DNA of 64,000 nt, from NCBI GenBank assembly GCA_963832165.1, contig CAWHTE010000007.1, positions 544,001 to 608,000 on the forward strand, in the 5' to 3' direction. Positions 39,118 to 49,714 of the stretch are shown here, in pieces. The notes below the pieces were generated by a model. That model did no database searches and was not told where the DNA came from. It worked only from the letters and a program-made list of their open reading frames with translations. How positions within the stretch are numbered: the stretch's first letter is position 1; the number at the start of each line of letters is the position of its first letter. Both the position numbers and the translations under genes were made by a program. This stretch comes from an uncultured delta proteobacterium (lineage in GTDB: Bacteria; Myxococcota_A; UBA9160; SMWR01).

Positions 39118-39846
39118 CTGACGAGCATCGACCGCATCGCGATCCTGGCAGCGCTCGCGGGCGCCACGGCGCTCTCGTGGTACTACCTCGTGGAGATGCC
39201 CTGGATGGGGCCGATGGGCGCACTCCAACCCTGGAGCGCGCTCTATTTCGCGCTGATGTTCGCGATGTGGGCCGTGATGATGGTGGGCATGATGCTGCCC
39301 TCGGCCACGCCGATGACGCTGCTCTACGCCCAGGTGGTGCGAAAGGCCGCGCGCGAGGGCTCGGTGCTGCCGCCCACGGCGGTATTCGTCGCGGGATACC
39401 TCGCGATGTGGACACTGTTCAGCGTCGCCGCTACCGCCGCACAGTGGGGACTCGAGAGCGCGGCGCTGCTCTCGCCCGCGCTCGTGTCCACGAGCCCGCA
39501 GCTCGGCGCGGTCCTGCTGATCGCGGCGGGCGTCTGGCAGTTCACGCCGTGGAAGGACGTGTGCCTCTCGCACTGTCGCAATCCGGTGTTCTTCTTCGCG
39601 CAGAACTTCCGCCCGGGCGTGCGCGGGGCGCTGCGGCTCGGCTGGCGCTACGGCATGTACTGCCTGGGCTGTTGCTGGCTCCTGATGGGCCTCCTGTTCG
39701 TGGGCGGCGTGATGAATCTTTTCTGGATCGCGGCGCTCACGATCTTCGTGCTGGTCGAAAAAGCCATGGTGCGCGGCGTTTCGGGGAGCCGCTTTGCCGG
39801 TGCGGCGATGCTCGTGGTCGGGGCCTGGTTGCTAGTACGCGCCTAG
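39118..39846 (+). CDS. DUF2182 family integral membrane (predicted metal-binding) protein; start uncertain
   Basis: MWAVMMVGMMLPS, QFTPWKDVCLSHCR, YCLGCCWLLMGLLFVGGVMN and LVEK. Confidence 0.85.
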   Translation: MTSIDRIAILAALAGATALSWYYLVEMPWMGPMGALQPWSALYFALMFAMWAVMMVGMMLPSATPMTLLYAQVVRKAAREGSVLPPTAVFVAGYLAMWTLFSVAATAAQWGLESAALLSPALVSTSPQLGAVLLIAAGVWQFTPWKDVCLSHCRNPVFFFAQNFRPGVRGALRLGWRYGMYCLGCCWLLMGLLFVGGVMNLFWIAALTIFVLVEKAMVRGVSGSRFAGAAMLVVGAWLLVRA

Positions 39847-39955
39847 ACCTGTGCGCGGACGCAGGTGTACACTCCGATTGCGCCGGGAGTTGGATCTCCG
39901 GCTGAGAACCGATTCCCGGGCGGTGGCCACTTGGCCACGGTCAACGGAGGATCTC

Positions 39956-40480
39956 ATGTCCGATCTGATGCAAGAGGCCCGCGTGCGGACGCGGGCGGAC
40001 CTGGCCTACGAATCGCTCTACAGTGCGGCGATCGGCGGCTCGGTGATCGCGCTGTTCTTCCTGGTCATCGATGCCTGGAACGGGCAGATGCTGTTCACGC
40101 CTTCACTGCTGGGAGGCGTGCTGTTCGGCGGCGTCGAGGCCTCGTCGATCAGCGAGGTCCGCATGGACTGGGTGGCCTACGCGACGATCGCGCACTTCCT
40201 TGCGTTCACGGTGATCGGCATCGGCGTGACGCTCGTGGCGCACGAGGTCGAGCTCCACTCCCGTCATCCGTTCACGATCCTGTTCGGCGTGTTCGCGGCG
40301 ATCGAGTGGATCTTCCTCGTGGGTGGCATGTTCCTGCTTCCGGGCGTGATCACGGCGCTCGGGTTCTGGCGCGTGGCGACGGCGAACCTGCTCGCTGCGG
40401 CCGGGATCGCGGCGTTCTTGTGGGCGGCTCATCAGCCCCAGGCGTGGGAGCAGCTCAAGCAAAGCGCCCATCTCGCATGA
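39956..40480 (+). CDS. Hypothetical multi-pass membrane protein
   Basis: GGAGG RBS; four hydrophobic segments; host-like codon usage. Confidence 0.7.
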   Translation: MSDLMQEARVRTRADLAYESLYSAAIGGSVIALFFLVIDAWNGQMLFTPSLLGGVLFGGVEASSISEVRMDWVAYATIAHFLAFTVIGIGVTLVAHEVELHSRHPFTILFGVFAAIEWIFLVGGMFLLPGVITALGFWRVATANLLAAAGIAAFLWAAHQPQAWEQLKQSAHLA

Positions 40481-40487
40481 TCCGCCA

Positions 40488-42736
40488 TCACGCGGGTGAT
40501 ACCTGAACGGGGATCCCGTTCACGATCGCATTGCCCGACAACACGTCCACGAGCTCACCCGGCGCGATCGCGTTGTTGCACACGCCTGCGTGCTTCGACG
40601 CCACGGCGGTCCGTGTGCCGGGCTTGTCGTGGCCCCAGCCGTGCGGCAGGCACACCACGCCCGGCCGCATCTCGTCGCTCACCTCCACGGGCGCGACGAT
40701 GCTGCCCGCGCGCGAGGTGATCCGCGCGCGACTTGCCGTGCACGAGCCCGGCCGCGCGGGCGTCGTCGGGGTGCACGAGCAGCGTGCAGCGGTCCTTGCC
40801 CGTCACGAGCGACGGCGCGTTGTGCATCCACGAGTTGTTCGAGCGCAGGTGGCGCCGCGACACGAGCACGAGCCCCTCGTCGCGGCGCGCGAGGCGCGCG
40901 CGCAGCCGCGCGACGTCGCCCGTGATGTAGGGAGGCGCGAGCTCGATCTTGCGCGACGGCGTCTTGAGCAGGCCGGGCAGGCGCGGCTCGAGCGGACCCA
41001 TGTCGATCCCGTTCGGCTGCGCGGCCAGCTTCTCGAGTGTCAGGCCATCGGGCTTCTGGCCGTAGGCATCGCCCCAGGGACCCGTGCGGATCGCGAAGTC
41101 GAGCATGCGCTTCGGGCCCGGGTGCGCCCGACTGCGCGACGATCTCGCCCGGATCGCGCCCGGCGATCGGGGAGGTCGGATCCGACGCCGTCAGCGCGAC
41201 GATGCCCGCGAAGAACAGCTGATCGATCGCCTCGACGTTCACGTCCGCGGCCTTCTGGCCCTGCAGGATCGCCGCGAGCATCAAGCAGGATCTGCCACTC
41301 CGCGGGGCGCTCCGGCTCGGGGTCGAACACGGGCGGCGAGTACTTGCCCGCGTTGCGCACCGCCCAGCCCCAGATCAGCTCGTCGTAGTGCGGCTGCTCG
41401 AGCACCGACGAGCCGGGCAGGATCACGTGCGCGTGCCGCGTCGTCTCGTTCAACCAGTTGTCGAGGCTGATCATGCACTCGAGCGCGGGCAGCGCCGCGT
41501 CGAGCTTGGCGGAGTCGGGCGCGGAGAGCACGGGATTGCCCGCGATCGTGATCAGCGCCTTGATCTGGCCGTCACCCGGCGTCGCGATCTCCTCGGCGAG
41601 ACACGAGATCGGCACCTGGCCCAGCACCTCGGGCGCGCCGCGCACGCGGCTGCGCCAGCGCCCGAACTCGAAGCCGTTTGCGAACTCGGGCGGGGTCAGG
41701 TTCGCGAGCGACCACGCGATCGGGTTCGAGAACATCGAGCCGCCCTCGCGGTCGAGGTTGCCCGTGAGCACGTTGATCACGTCGACGAGCCACGACGCGA
41801 GCGTGCCGAACTCCTGATTACAGGTACCGATGCGGCCGTACACCGCCGAACGCGGCGCGTCGGAGAGCTCGCGCGCGAGCTGGCGGATCGCATCGGCCGC
41901 GATCCCGCAGGTCTCCGCGACCGCCTCGGGCGTGAAGTCGCGACAGAGCTCGCTTCACCTCGTCGATGCCGTTCGTGAACGCGGCGAGCCGGCCCGGGCG
42001 GACGCGGCCCTCCTCGAATAGCACCTGCGCCACGGCGAGCAGCAGCGCCGCGTCGGTGCCCGGGCGGATCGGGAGCCACTCGTCGGCGTGCTGCGCGGTG
42101 CCGGTGCGGCGCGGATCGATCACCACCACCTTTCCGCCGCGCGCGCGGATCGCGTCGAGGCGGGAGAGCAGGTCAGGGGCGGCGAGCAGGCTGCCCTGCG
42201 ACGCGTGCGGGTTCGCGCCCATCACGACGAGGTAGTCGGTGCGGTCGAGGTCCGGGATCGGGAACGTCCACATCCCGCCGAACAAGAGCGCCGACGAGAC
42301 GTTCTTCGGCCACTGGTCGACGGTGCCCGCGGAGTAGAGGCGCTGGATGCCCGACATCGGCGCGAACGCGGCCACGTAACGCGACAGCGAGAAGTTGTGC
42401 GCGGTGGGGTTGCCGATGTAGACCGTGACCGCATCGATACCGTTCGACTCGATCACCGCGCGCAGGCGGCGCTCGACCTCGGCGAACGCTTCGTCCCAGG
42501 TCACCTCGTGGAACGTGTCCGCCACGGCGCACGAGCGGAGCGCGCAGGCGGTCGGGGTCGTGGTGGAGCTCGCCGAGTGCGGTGCCCTTCGGGCAGATGT
42601 AGCCCTTGCTCCACACGTCGTGCTTGTTGGCGCGGATCTTCTCGACCCGGCCGCCTTCGACGGTGATCTCGAGCCCGCACATCGCTTCGCAGAGCGGGCA
42701 GGTATGGATGTGAACTCCGTCGCGGGTCTGGCTCAT
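40488..42736 (-). CDS. Molybdopterin-dependent oxidoreductase, multiple frameshifts
   Basis: CPLCEAMCG..CPKG Fe-S motif, MGANPHAS, VVIDPRRT, GNLDREGG, SNNSWMHN and PGVVCLPHGWG, across six consecutive ORF fragments. Confidence 0.88.
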
Positions 42737-42809
42737 TCTGCGTTCCTCTGGAGGATCGGGCGTGCCATGATTGCCCTGATTCTAAACGAAGGCGATCGGA
42801 GGTGGAGAC

Positions 42810-44063
42810 GTGGAGCGACGCGACTTCCTGAAGGCGCTCGGAATGGCCAGCGGACTCGCCGCGCTCGGCTGCCAGCACGGCGCTGCGCAGGCGCAGGCGG
42901 AAGCGCCGCCCGACCCGACTCCGGTCGCTCCGCCGGGGCTGCTCGGCACGGAGAGCCGCAAGGCGTGGGGCGAGCTGCTCGCGCTGCTCGCCGACGCGGA
43001 CGAGCGCTACCTCGGCAAGGACTGGAACATCGAGCGGCCCGGCGACATCGCGGACGGCCATCGCTTCCTGATGCACGTGCTGCACTCGGGCATGGAGCAG
43101 TGGCTCGAGGCCGACCCGCTGCGCCCGCGCGCGGTGCGCTTCGTGACGCCCACGCTCAAGCTGCTCGGCGACAACCCCGACGCGATCTACTTCACGGCGC
43201 CGCTCGATCCGAAGCACCGCTACCGCGTGCGCGGCAACACGGGCGGCGCTGTCTACACGTCGCTCACGATCGAGGGCGGCAACGCGGACGGGCACTATCC
43301 CAAGCGAGTCGCGGGCGCGCTCAACGACACGCAGTTCGACGTGAAGCGCGACGGGTCGTTCGAAGTGGTGCTAGGCCCGAACGAGAAGGGCCGCAATCGC
43401 CTCGCGCTCGAGCCCGATGCGGGCACGCTCACCACGCGCCACTACTTCGAGACGCTGAATTCGGCGGCTGCGGATCCCAACCCGAAAGTGCGCCTCTCCG
43501 TGGAGCCTTTGGAGAACCCGGGCCCGCCGCTGTCGCCGAACGACCTGAGCATCGCCACGGGCATCCGCCGCGTTGCGAACTACTTCAAGGCCGCGACGCT
43601 CGATCAGCCGCCGATGGACCCGGCCAAGTCGCCGCCCTGGGTTTCGCGGATTCCGAACGAGTTCAAGGCGCCGATGAAGTGGCAGCCCGCCGAGGGCGGC
43701 TTCGGCGCCGTCGACAACGCGTACTCGATGGCGCCCTATCTCGTGCCGCCGGACCAGGCGCTCGTGATCGAGGGGCGATGGCCCAAGAAGGCGCGCTTCG
43801 CGAACGTCGTGCTCTGGAACCGCTTCATGCAGACCTACGACTACGCGCACCGGCGCGTGTCGCTGAACCGCAAGCAGACCAAGCTCGAGCGCGATGGCAG
43901 CTTCCGGATCGTGATCGCGCACAGCGATCCGGGCCTGCCGAACTGGATCGACGCGGAGAACCGCATGACGGGTCTCGTGTTCTGGCGCTTCCAGCTGCCC
44001 GAAGAAGAGGTCGCGGCGCCGGTCGGCAAGCTCGTCCCGCTCGCGTCGCTGCGCGTGGCCTGA
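42810..44063 (+). CDS. Tat-exported DUF1214-domain protein, possibly a lipoprotein
   Basis: ERRDFLK Tat motif and LAALGC; GDNPDAIY, YRVRGN, DGSFRIVIAHSDPG..NWID. Confidence 0.8.
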   Translation: MERRDFLKALGMASGLAALGCQHGAAQAQAEAPPDPTPVAPPGLLGTESRKAWGELLALLADADERYLGKDWNIERPGDIADGHRFLMHVLHSGMEQWLEADPLRPRAVRFVTPTLKLLGDNPDAIYFTAPLDPKHRYRVRGNTGGAVYTSLTIEGGNADGHYPKRVAGALNDTQFDVKRDGSFEVVLGPNEKGRNRLALEPDAGTLTTRHYFETLNSAAADPNPKVRLSVEPLENPGPPLSPNDLSIATGIRRVANYFKAATLDQPPMDPAKSPPWVSRIPNEFKAPMKWQPAEGGFGAVDNAYSMAPYLVPPDQALVIEGRWPKKARFANVVLWNRFMQTYDYAHRRVSLNRKQTKLERDGSFRIVIAHSDPGLPNWIDAENRMTGLVFWRFQLPEEEVAAPVGKLVPLASLRVA

Positions 44064-44070
44064 TCCGCCA

Positions 44071-46069
44071 TCACGGCCGCACGATGGCGAAGTTCGGATC
44101 GGGCGCGGAGAGCAGCGAGAAGAAGCGCAGCAGATCCGTGCGGCTGCCGTCGACTTCGATGTCGTCCGAGAACACGAGGTCGCGCAGACCCGCCTGTCCC
44201 GTCGCGAGCTTCAGCCAGAAGTCCTTCGTGAGCCGCACCGTGACGTCGGGTTTCGTCTCCACGCGCTTCTCGACGAGCTTGCGGTGGTGCAGCACCGAGT
44301 TCTCGATCCAGAGCCGGTGTGTCTCGCCCAGGTCCGTGAACACGAAATCGAGCGCGAGCGCGACGCCGTTCGCTTCGGGACCGTCGAGGCGCGCCGCCAT
44401 CGCGTCGAAGAAGCGCTCGATCGGCGTGTAGCGGAGCAGCTGCGACGCGCCGGAGAGCCGCGCGCCGTCCTCCGGCTCGCCGTGGCGCAGCTCGTAGGCA
44501 CCCGTGAGGTACACATCGCGCCACGGGCCCGACTCGGCGCGGTAGCCGAGCTGGTCGTAGCAGCGCGCGAGCAGCTCGCGCGCAGCCTTGTTGTTGGGCT
44601 CCGCGAACACGAGGTGATCGAGCACGGTCGCGGCCCAGCGATAGTCGCCCGCGTCGTAGGAGGCCTGCGCCTTGGCGAGCACCGCCGCACCGCCGCCCAT
44701 GAACTCGACGTACTTCGCGCCCGCCTGCTCGGGCGGCAGCGGGTCGAGGTTGGCGGGGTTGGCGTCGTACCAGCCGAAATACCACTGGTACACCGCCTTC
44801 GCGTTGTGGCGCACGGTGCCGTAGTAGCCGCGGTTCGCGAACGAGGGCTGCAGCGACTCGGGCAGCTCGAGCTGCTCGGCGATCTCGCGCGGCGTGGCCC
44901 CCGAGCTCGCGAGCCGCAGCGTCTGGTCGTGGATGTACTTGTAGGTGTCGCGCTGCTTGGCGAGATAGTCGCGGATCCGCTCGTTGCCCCACATCGGCCA
45001 GCTGTGGCTCGCGAACATGAGCTCGGCATCTCCGAAGCGTTGGATCGCGTCGTCGATGTAGCCGCTCCAGCGCAGTGCGTCGCGCACCTTCGCTCCGCGC
45101 AGCGTGTAGAGGTTGTGCATCGTGTGCGAGACGATCTCGGCGCCGCAGAACGCCTTGCGCTCCGGCAGGTAGAACGTCATCTCCGCGGGCGCCTCGGAAT
45201 CGGGCGTGTACTGGAACACGAAGATCACGCCGTCGATCACGAGCTCGGTCGGCGTCTCGCTCACGAGATGGGTCGGCACCGCGAGGCCCACCGTTCCGTA
45301 GGCGGGTGCCTTGCCGAGCCCGGTGTCGACGTGCCCGCGCACGCCGCGCGGCAGGTTGCTGCCGTACATGAATTGCGCGCGCCGCAGCATCGTGACGCCC
45401 GCGAGCACGTTCTCGCTCGCGGCCTCCTCGAGGAAGCGGACCGGCGCCACCACCATGATCTTCTGCGCGGCGATCTGCTCGACCGGGATCACGCCCTCGA
45501 TCCCGCCGAAGTGGTCGATGTGGCTATGCGTGAAGATCACCGCGCGGATCGGCTTCACCCCGAGCTTGCTCTCGACGAGCTTCCACGCTGCCGCCGCGGT
45601 CTCGCGTGCGGTGAGCGGGTCGACCACGATCCGGCCGGTCTGGCCCTCGATGATCGTCATGTTCGAAACGTCGTAGCCGCGCACCTGGTAGATGCCGCTT
45701 CCCACCTCGAACAGCCCGTGCAGATCGTTGAGCTTGGCCTGGCGCCAGAGGCTCGGGTTCACGCTCGCGGGCGGGTCGCCGTCGAGGAACTCGTACGCGG
45801 TCGTATCCCAGACCGTCGCGCCCGACGCGCTCTTGATCACGAGACCCGGCTCGCTCGCGATGAGTCCGCGCTGCGCGTCATCGAAGTCGGTCTGGTCGGC
45901 GAGCGGCAGCTTCTCGAACACGGCGTTCGCGGCGCGCGTCGCTTCGCTCGCGGGCGTGGCGCCCGCCGCGTCGGGTGCGCCGTCCGCGGCAGGCGGCGCG
46001 GTCGAGCGAGTCGCAGGCAGCCGCGGCGAATGCAGCGGTTGCGGCGATGTGAATCCAGCGGTTCGTCAT
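44071..46069 (-). CDS. Alkyl/aryl sulfatase (SdsA1-like: MBL, dimerisation and SCP2 domains); frameshift near 45990
   Basis: VNPSLWRQAKLN, YQVRGYD, HSHIDHFGG, HNLYTLRGAKVRD, RGYYG; signal peptide from ATG 46069 lies in another frame. Confidence 0.9.
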
Positions 46070-46848
46070 GACGGCTTCCTGAAATTCGGCTTGCGCTTGG
46101 CTTTGAGCGCAGCGACGCCTTCCTTCGACTCGTCGGTGCCGTAGTAGAGCGCGACGGCCTGGAACGCCATGCCCGTGAGCCCGCGAATGCTCTCGGTGTC
46201 GGCGTTGAACGACGTCTTCGCGAGTGCGATCGCGGTGGGGCTGCGCTCGGCGAGCTCCGCGCACCACTCGGCGACGCCCGCGTCGAGCTGGTCGTCGGGG
46301 AACACGGCATTCACGAGACCCATCGCGAGCGCCTCGGCGGCGCTGTAGCGGCGGCACAGGTACCACATCTCGCGCGCCTTCTTCTCGCCGACGACGCGCG
46401 CGAGATAGGCGGTGCCGAAGCCGGGGTCGACCGAGCCCATCTTCGGGCCGACCTGGCCGAAGATCGCCGACTCGGCCGCGAGCGTGAGGTCGCAGATCGT
46501 CGCGAGCACGTTGCCGCCGCCGATCGCATAACCGCGCACCTTCGCGATCACGGGCTTGGCGGCGTCGCGGATCGCCGTGTGCATCTCCTCCACGGCCATG
46601 CCCACCGGTCCGCGCCCGCCCGCGTAGGTGCCGTCGTGGTCGGACTGGTCGCCGCCCGTGCAGAACGCGCGCTCGCCCGCACCCGTGAGCACGATCACGC
46701 CCACGTCGCGGTCGTAGCCCGCGTCCTGGAACGCTTGGATCAGCTCGTCGCACGTGCGCGCGCGAAACGCGTTGAGCACTTTGGGCCGGTTGATCGTGAT
46801 CGTGGCGACGTGGTCCTTCACGTCGTAGAGGATGTCGGTGTACTCCAT
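46066..46848 (-). CDS. badI: Crotonase-family ring-cleaving hydrolase, 2-ketocyclohexanecarboxyl-CoA hydrolase (BadI/MenB-like)
   Basis: AFCTGGDQS, YAIGGGNV, GQVGPKMGSVDPGFG, GEKKAREMWYLCRRY, LYYGTDESKEG; adjacent to a BadH-like SDR. Confidence 0.75.
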   Translation of the reverse strand: MEYTDILYDVKDHVATITINRPKVLNAFRARTCDELIQAFQDAGYDRDVGVIVLTGAGERAFCTGGDQSDHDGTYAGGRGPVGMAVEEMHTAIRDAAKPVIAKVRGYAIGGGNVLATICDLTLAAESAIFGQVGPKMGSVDPGFGTAYLARVVGEKKAREMWYLCRRYSAAEALAMGLVNAVFPDDQLDAGVAEWCAELAERSPTAIALAKTSFNADTESIRGLTGMAFQAVALYYGTDESKEGVAALKAKRKPNFRKPS

Positions 46849-46869
46849 GACTCCGCCTGTCCTTGTTCG

Positions 46870-47634
46870 TCAGCCGTGCATCGTGAGGCCGCCCGACACG
46901 CTGATCGTCTGGCCCGTGATGAAGGCTGCCTCGTCGGAGAGCAGGAATGCGACGAGGCCCGGGTAGTCGGTCGGCTGCCCGAGCCGCCGCATCGGGATCG
47001 CGCGCTCGAGTGCCGCGGCGAGCTTGCCGCTCGCGTCGAAGCGCGCGAATAGCGGCGTGTCGGTGGGGCCCGGCGCAACCACGTTGATCGTGATGCCGTC
47101 GCGCGCGTGTTCGCGCGCGATCGACTTCGAGAACGCGGCGATCCCGCCCTTGCACGCCGCGTACACGGACTCGCCCGACGATCCCACGCGCCCCGAGTCG
47201 GAGGAGATCGAGACGATCCGGCCCGCGTGCGCCGCGGCCATCCGCCGCAGCACCGCGAGCGTCACGTGGAGCGGGCCGTAGAGGTTGATGTCGATCACCT
47301 GCCGCCACTCCTCGGAAGTGGTGTCGACGAAGTTCGCGGCGGCGTCCCAGCCCGCGCCGTTCACGAGCCCGCCGATCGCGCCCGCCTCGCGCTCGAACGC
47401 GGCCACCGCGTGCTCGACCGCGTCGCCATCGACGATGTCGACGGCGTAGGCGTAGGCGCGGCCGCCCGCGCGCGCGATCTCTGCGACGGTCTGCTTGGCG
47501 CCGGCCTCGTCGCGGTCGAGGGCGCCCACCACGGCGCGCTCCTCGCCGAGCCGCAGCGCGATCGCCTTCGCGATTCCGCTCGCGGCGCCCGTCACGAGCA
47601 CGTTCTTGCCGGCGAGTCCGATGAAGCCAGGCAC
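46870..47634 (-). CDS. badH: SDR, 2-hydroxycyclohexanecarboxyl-CoA dehydrogenase-like
   Basis: TGAASGI, GAGWD, SDSGRVGSSGESVYAACKGG, PGPTDT, ISVSGGLTMHG. Confidence 0.72.
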   Translation of the reverse strand: MPGFIGLAGKNVLVTGAASGIAKAIALRLGEERAVVGALDRDEAGAKQTVAEIARAGGRAYAYAVDIVDGDAVEHAVAAFEREAGAIGGLVNGAGWDAAANFVDTTSEEWRQVIDINLYGPLHVTLAVLRRMAAAHAGRIVSISSDSGRVGSSGESVYAACKGGIAAFSKSIAREHARDGITINVVAPGPTDTPLFARFDASGKLAAALERAIPMRRLGQPTDYPGLVAFLLSDEAAFITGQTISVSGGLTMHG

Positions 47635-47673
47635 GCGGGCATTCTACTCGTGGCGCGAGTAAAGTGCGGCGCC

Positions 47674-49641
47674 ATGCGATCCGGGGTCGTTCACTACGTC
47701 GCGGCCGCCGCGCTGCTCGCGGCGGCGTGCACCCCGGGTCCGCTCGACTTCTCGGGCCCGACCGCGGACTGGCCCGAGTACGCGGGCGACAAGGGTGGCC
47801 TCCACTACTCGCCGCTCACCCAGGTGACGCGCGCGAACGTGGGCCGCCTCGAACTGGCCTGGAGCCACCGCACCGGCGACTTCAGCCCGGGCACCGCCGA
47901 GAGCGCTCCCACATCGCTCCAGGTGACGCCGCTGGTCGTGAACGACACGCTCTACTACTGCACGCCCCACATGCGCGTGTTCGCGCTCGACCCCGAGACA
48001 GGAGCCGAGCGCTGGGTGTTCGATCCCGAGCTGCGCCACAAGAAGCCCGGCGGACCGTACCCGCTGACGTGCCGCGGTGTCGCCTATTGGGAGGACGAGG
48101 CGGCCGCGGGCCAGGCGTGCTCGCAAAGGCTGCTCTACGGAACGCGCGACTCGGAGCTGATCGCGCTCGACGCCGACACGGGCAAGCCGTGCGAAGACTT
48201 CGGCACGAACGGCCGCGTCGCGCTGCGCGAGGGGATCGGCGGCTCGGTTGCCGATTGGGAGTACTACCCGACCTCGCCCCCGCTCGTGATCGGCGACACG
48301 GTGGTGCTAGGCGCGCTCGTGGCAGATCAGCTCAAGACCGACGCGCCCTCGGGCGTCGTGCGCGCGTTCGACGTGCGCAGCGGGCGCCTCGTGTGGGCGT
48401 GGGATCCGGTGCCGCCGGGCTGGAAGCCCGATCCGCTCGTGGAAGGTGAGCTGTATCAGCGCGGCACGCCGAACGTGTGGGCGCCGCTCTCGGGTGATCC
48501 CGAGCGCGGGCTCGTATTCGTGCCGACCGGCAATCCGTCGCCCGACAGCTTCGGCGGCCTGCGGCGCGGCATCGACCACTACGGCAGCTCGACGATCGCA
48601 CTCGATGTGAAGACCGGGCGCGTCGTCTGGCACTTCCAGGAAGTGCATCACGACATCTGGGACTACGACACGCCCGCGCAGCCGCAGCTCTTCCAGCACC
48701 CGAAGGTGGGCGGCGGGCGGCCCGCCGTGATCCAGCCGACCAAGGTCGGCCACGTGTTCGTTCTCGACCGGGAGACCGGCGCTCCGCTCTACCCGGTCGA
48801 GGAGCGGCCGGTGCCGCAGGACGGCGCGCCCGGTGAGATGCTCGCACCGACGCAGCCGTTCCCGACCCACCCCGCGCCGCTGCATCCGAGCGAGCTCACG
48901 CCCGAGAACATGTTCGGCTTCACGCCCTGGGACACGAGGTCGTGTCGCGAGCAGCTCGCGCGCTACCGCTACGACGGCCCGTTCACGCCGCCCACGCTCG
49001 AGGGCTCGATCCAGATGCCGGCCACGCTAGGCGGCATGAACTGGGGCGGTGTCGCGCTCGATCCGCAGAGCGGGCTCATGGTCGCCTACCAGTCGCATCT
49101 CGCGATCGTGACGAAGCTCGTGCCGCGCGCGGAGTTCGACGCGATACCGCAGGGCTCGGTGGTCTATCCCACCGAGGCCTATCCGATGCACGGCACGCCC
49201 TATGGCGTGATCCGGAGCCCGCTCTTCTCGAGCTTCGGCGCGCCGTGCAGCCCGCCACCCTGGGGCTCGCTCACGGGCGTGGACCTCGTCACGGGCGAAG
49301 TGCGTTGGCGCGTGCCGCTCGGCACGATCCGCGATCAGGCGCCGTTCCCGATCTGGGCGATCCCGGGCTTCCGCCACCTCGGCTCGCCGGTCTTCGCGGG
49401 CGGTCTGATCACGGCGGGTGGGGTCTACTTCATCGGAGGGACGAGCGACCGGTCCTTCCGAGCGTTCGACTCCGATACGGGCGCCGAGATCTGGAGCACG
49501 CGGATCCCGTACACGGGCAATGCGACGCCGATGAGCTACCGGCTGCGCCCCGATGCGCGGCAGTTCGTCGTGATCGCGGCGGGTGGCAATCCGCTCACGG
49601 GTCCTGGGGACGCATTGCTCGCGTTCGCATTGCGGGAATAG
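47674..49641 (+). CDS. PQQ-dependent dehydrogenase (glucose/quinate family), lipoprotein
   Basis: Lipobox LAAAC; YSPLTQV, CRGVAYW, WHFQEVHHDIWDYD, GGMNWGG and ATPMSY. Confidence 0.9.
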   Translation: MRSGVVHYVAAAALLAAACTPGPLDFSGPTADWPEYAGDKGGLHYSPLTQVTRANVGRLELAWSHRTGDFSPGTAESAPTSLQVTPLVVNDTLYYCTPHMRVFALDPETGAERWVFDPELRHKKPGGPYPLTCRGVAYWEDEAAAGQACSQRLLYGTRDSELIALDADTGKPCEDFGTNGRVALREGIGGSVADWEYYPTSPPLVIGDTVVLGALVADQLKTDAPSGVVRAFDVRSGRLVWAWDPVPPGWKPDPLVEGELYQRGTPNVWAPLSGDPERGLVFVPTGNPSPDSFGGLRRGIDHYGSSTIALDVKTGRVVWHFQEVHHDIWDYDTPAQPQLFQHPKVGGGRPAVIQPTKVGHVFVLDRETGAPLYPVEERPVPQDGAPGEMLAPTQPFPTHPAPLHPSELTPENMFGFTPWDTRSCREQLARYRYDGPFTPPTLEGSIQMPATLGGMNWGGVALDPQSGLMVAYQSHLAIVTKLVPRAEFDAIPQGSVVYPTEAYPMHGTPYGVIRSPLFSSFGAPCSPPPWGSLTGVDLVTGEVRWRVPLGTIRDQAPFPIWAIPGFRHLGSPVFAGGLITAGGVYFIGGTSDRSFRAFDSDTGAEIWSTRIPYTGNATPMSYRLRPDARQFVVIAAGGNPLTGPGDALLAFALRE

Positions 49642-49714
49642 GGCGGGAAATCGACGCGATCCCGCCGCTTCGCGTATCGCGATACGATGGAGCCCCCAAC
49701 GCGAGGAGCCCCCC

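Noticed and set aside
42752..42767. Minus-strand TGGCACG as a sigma-54 promoter for the Mo-oxidoreductase
   Set aside because: The -12 position reads CC rather than GC, and it is too close to the start codon.
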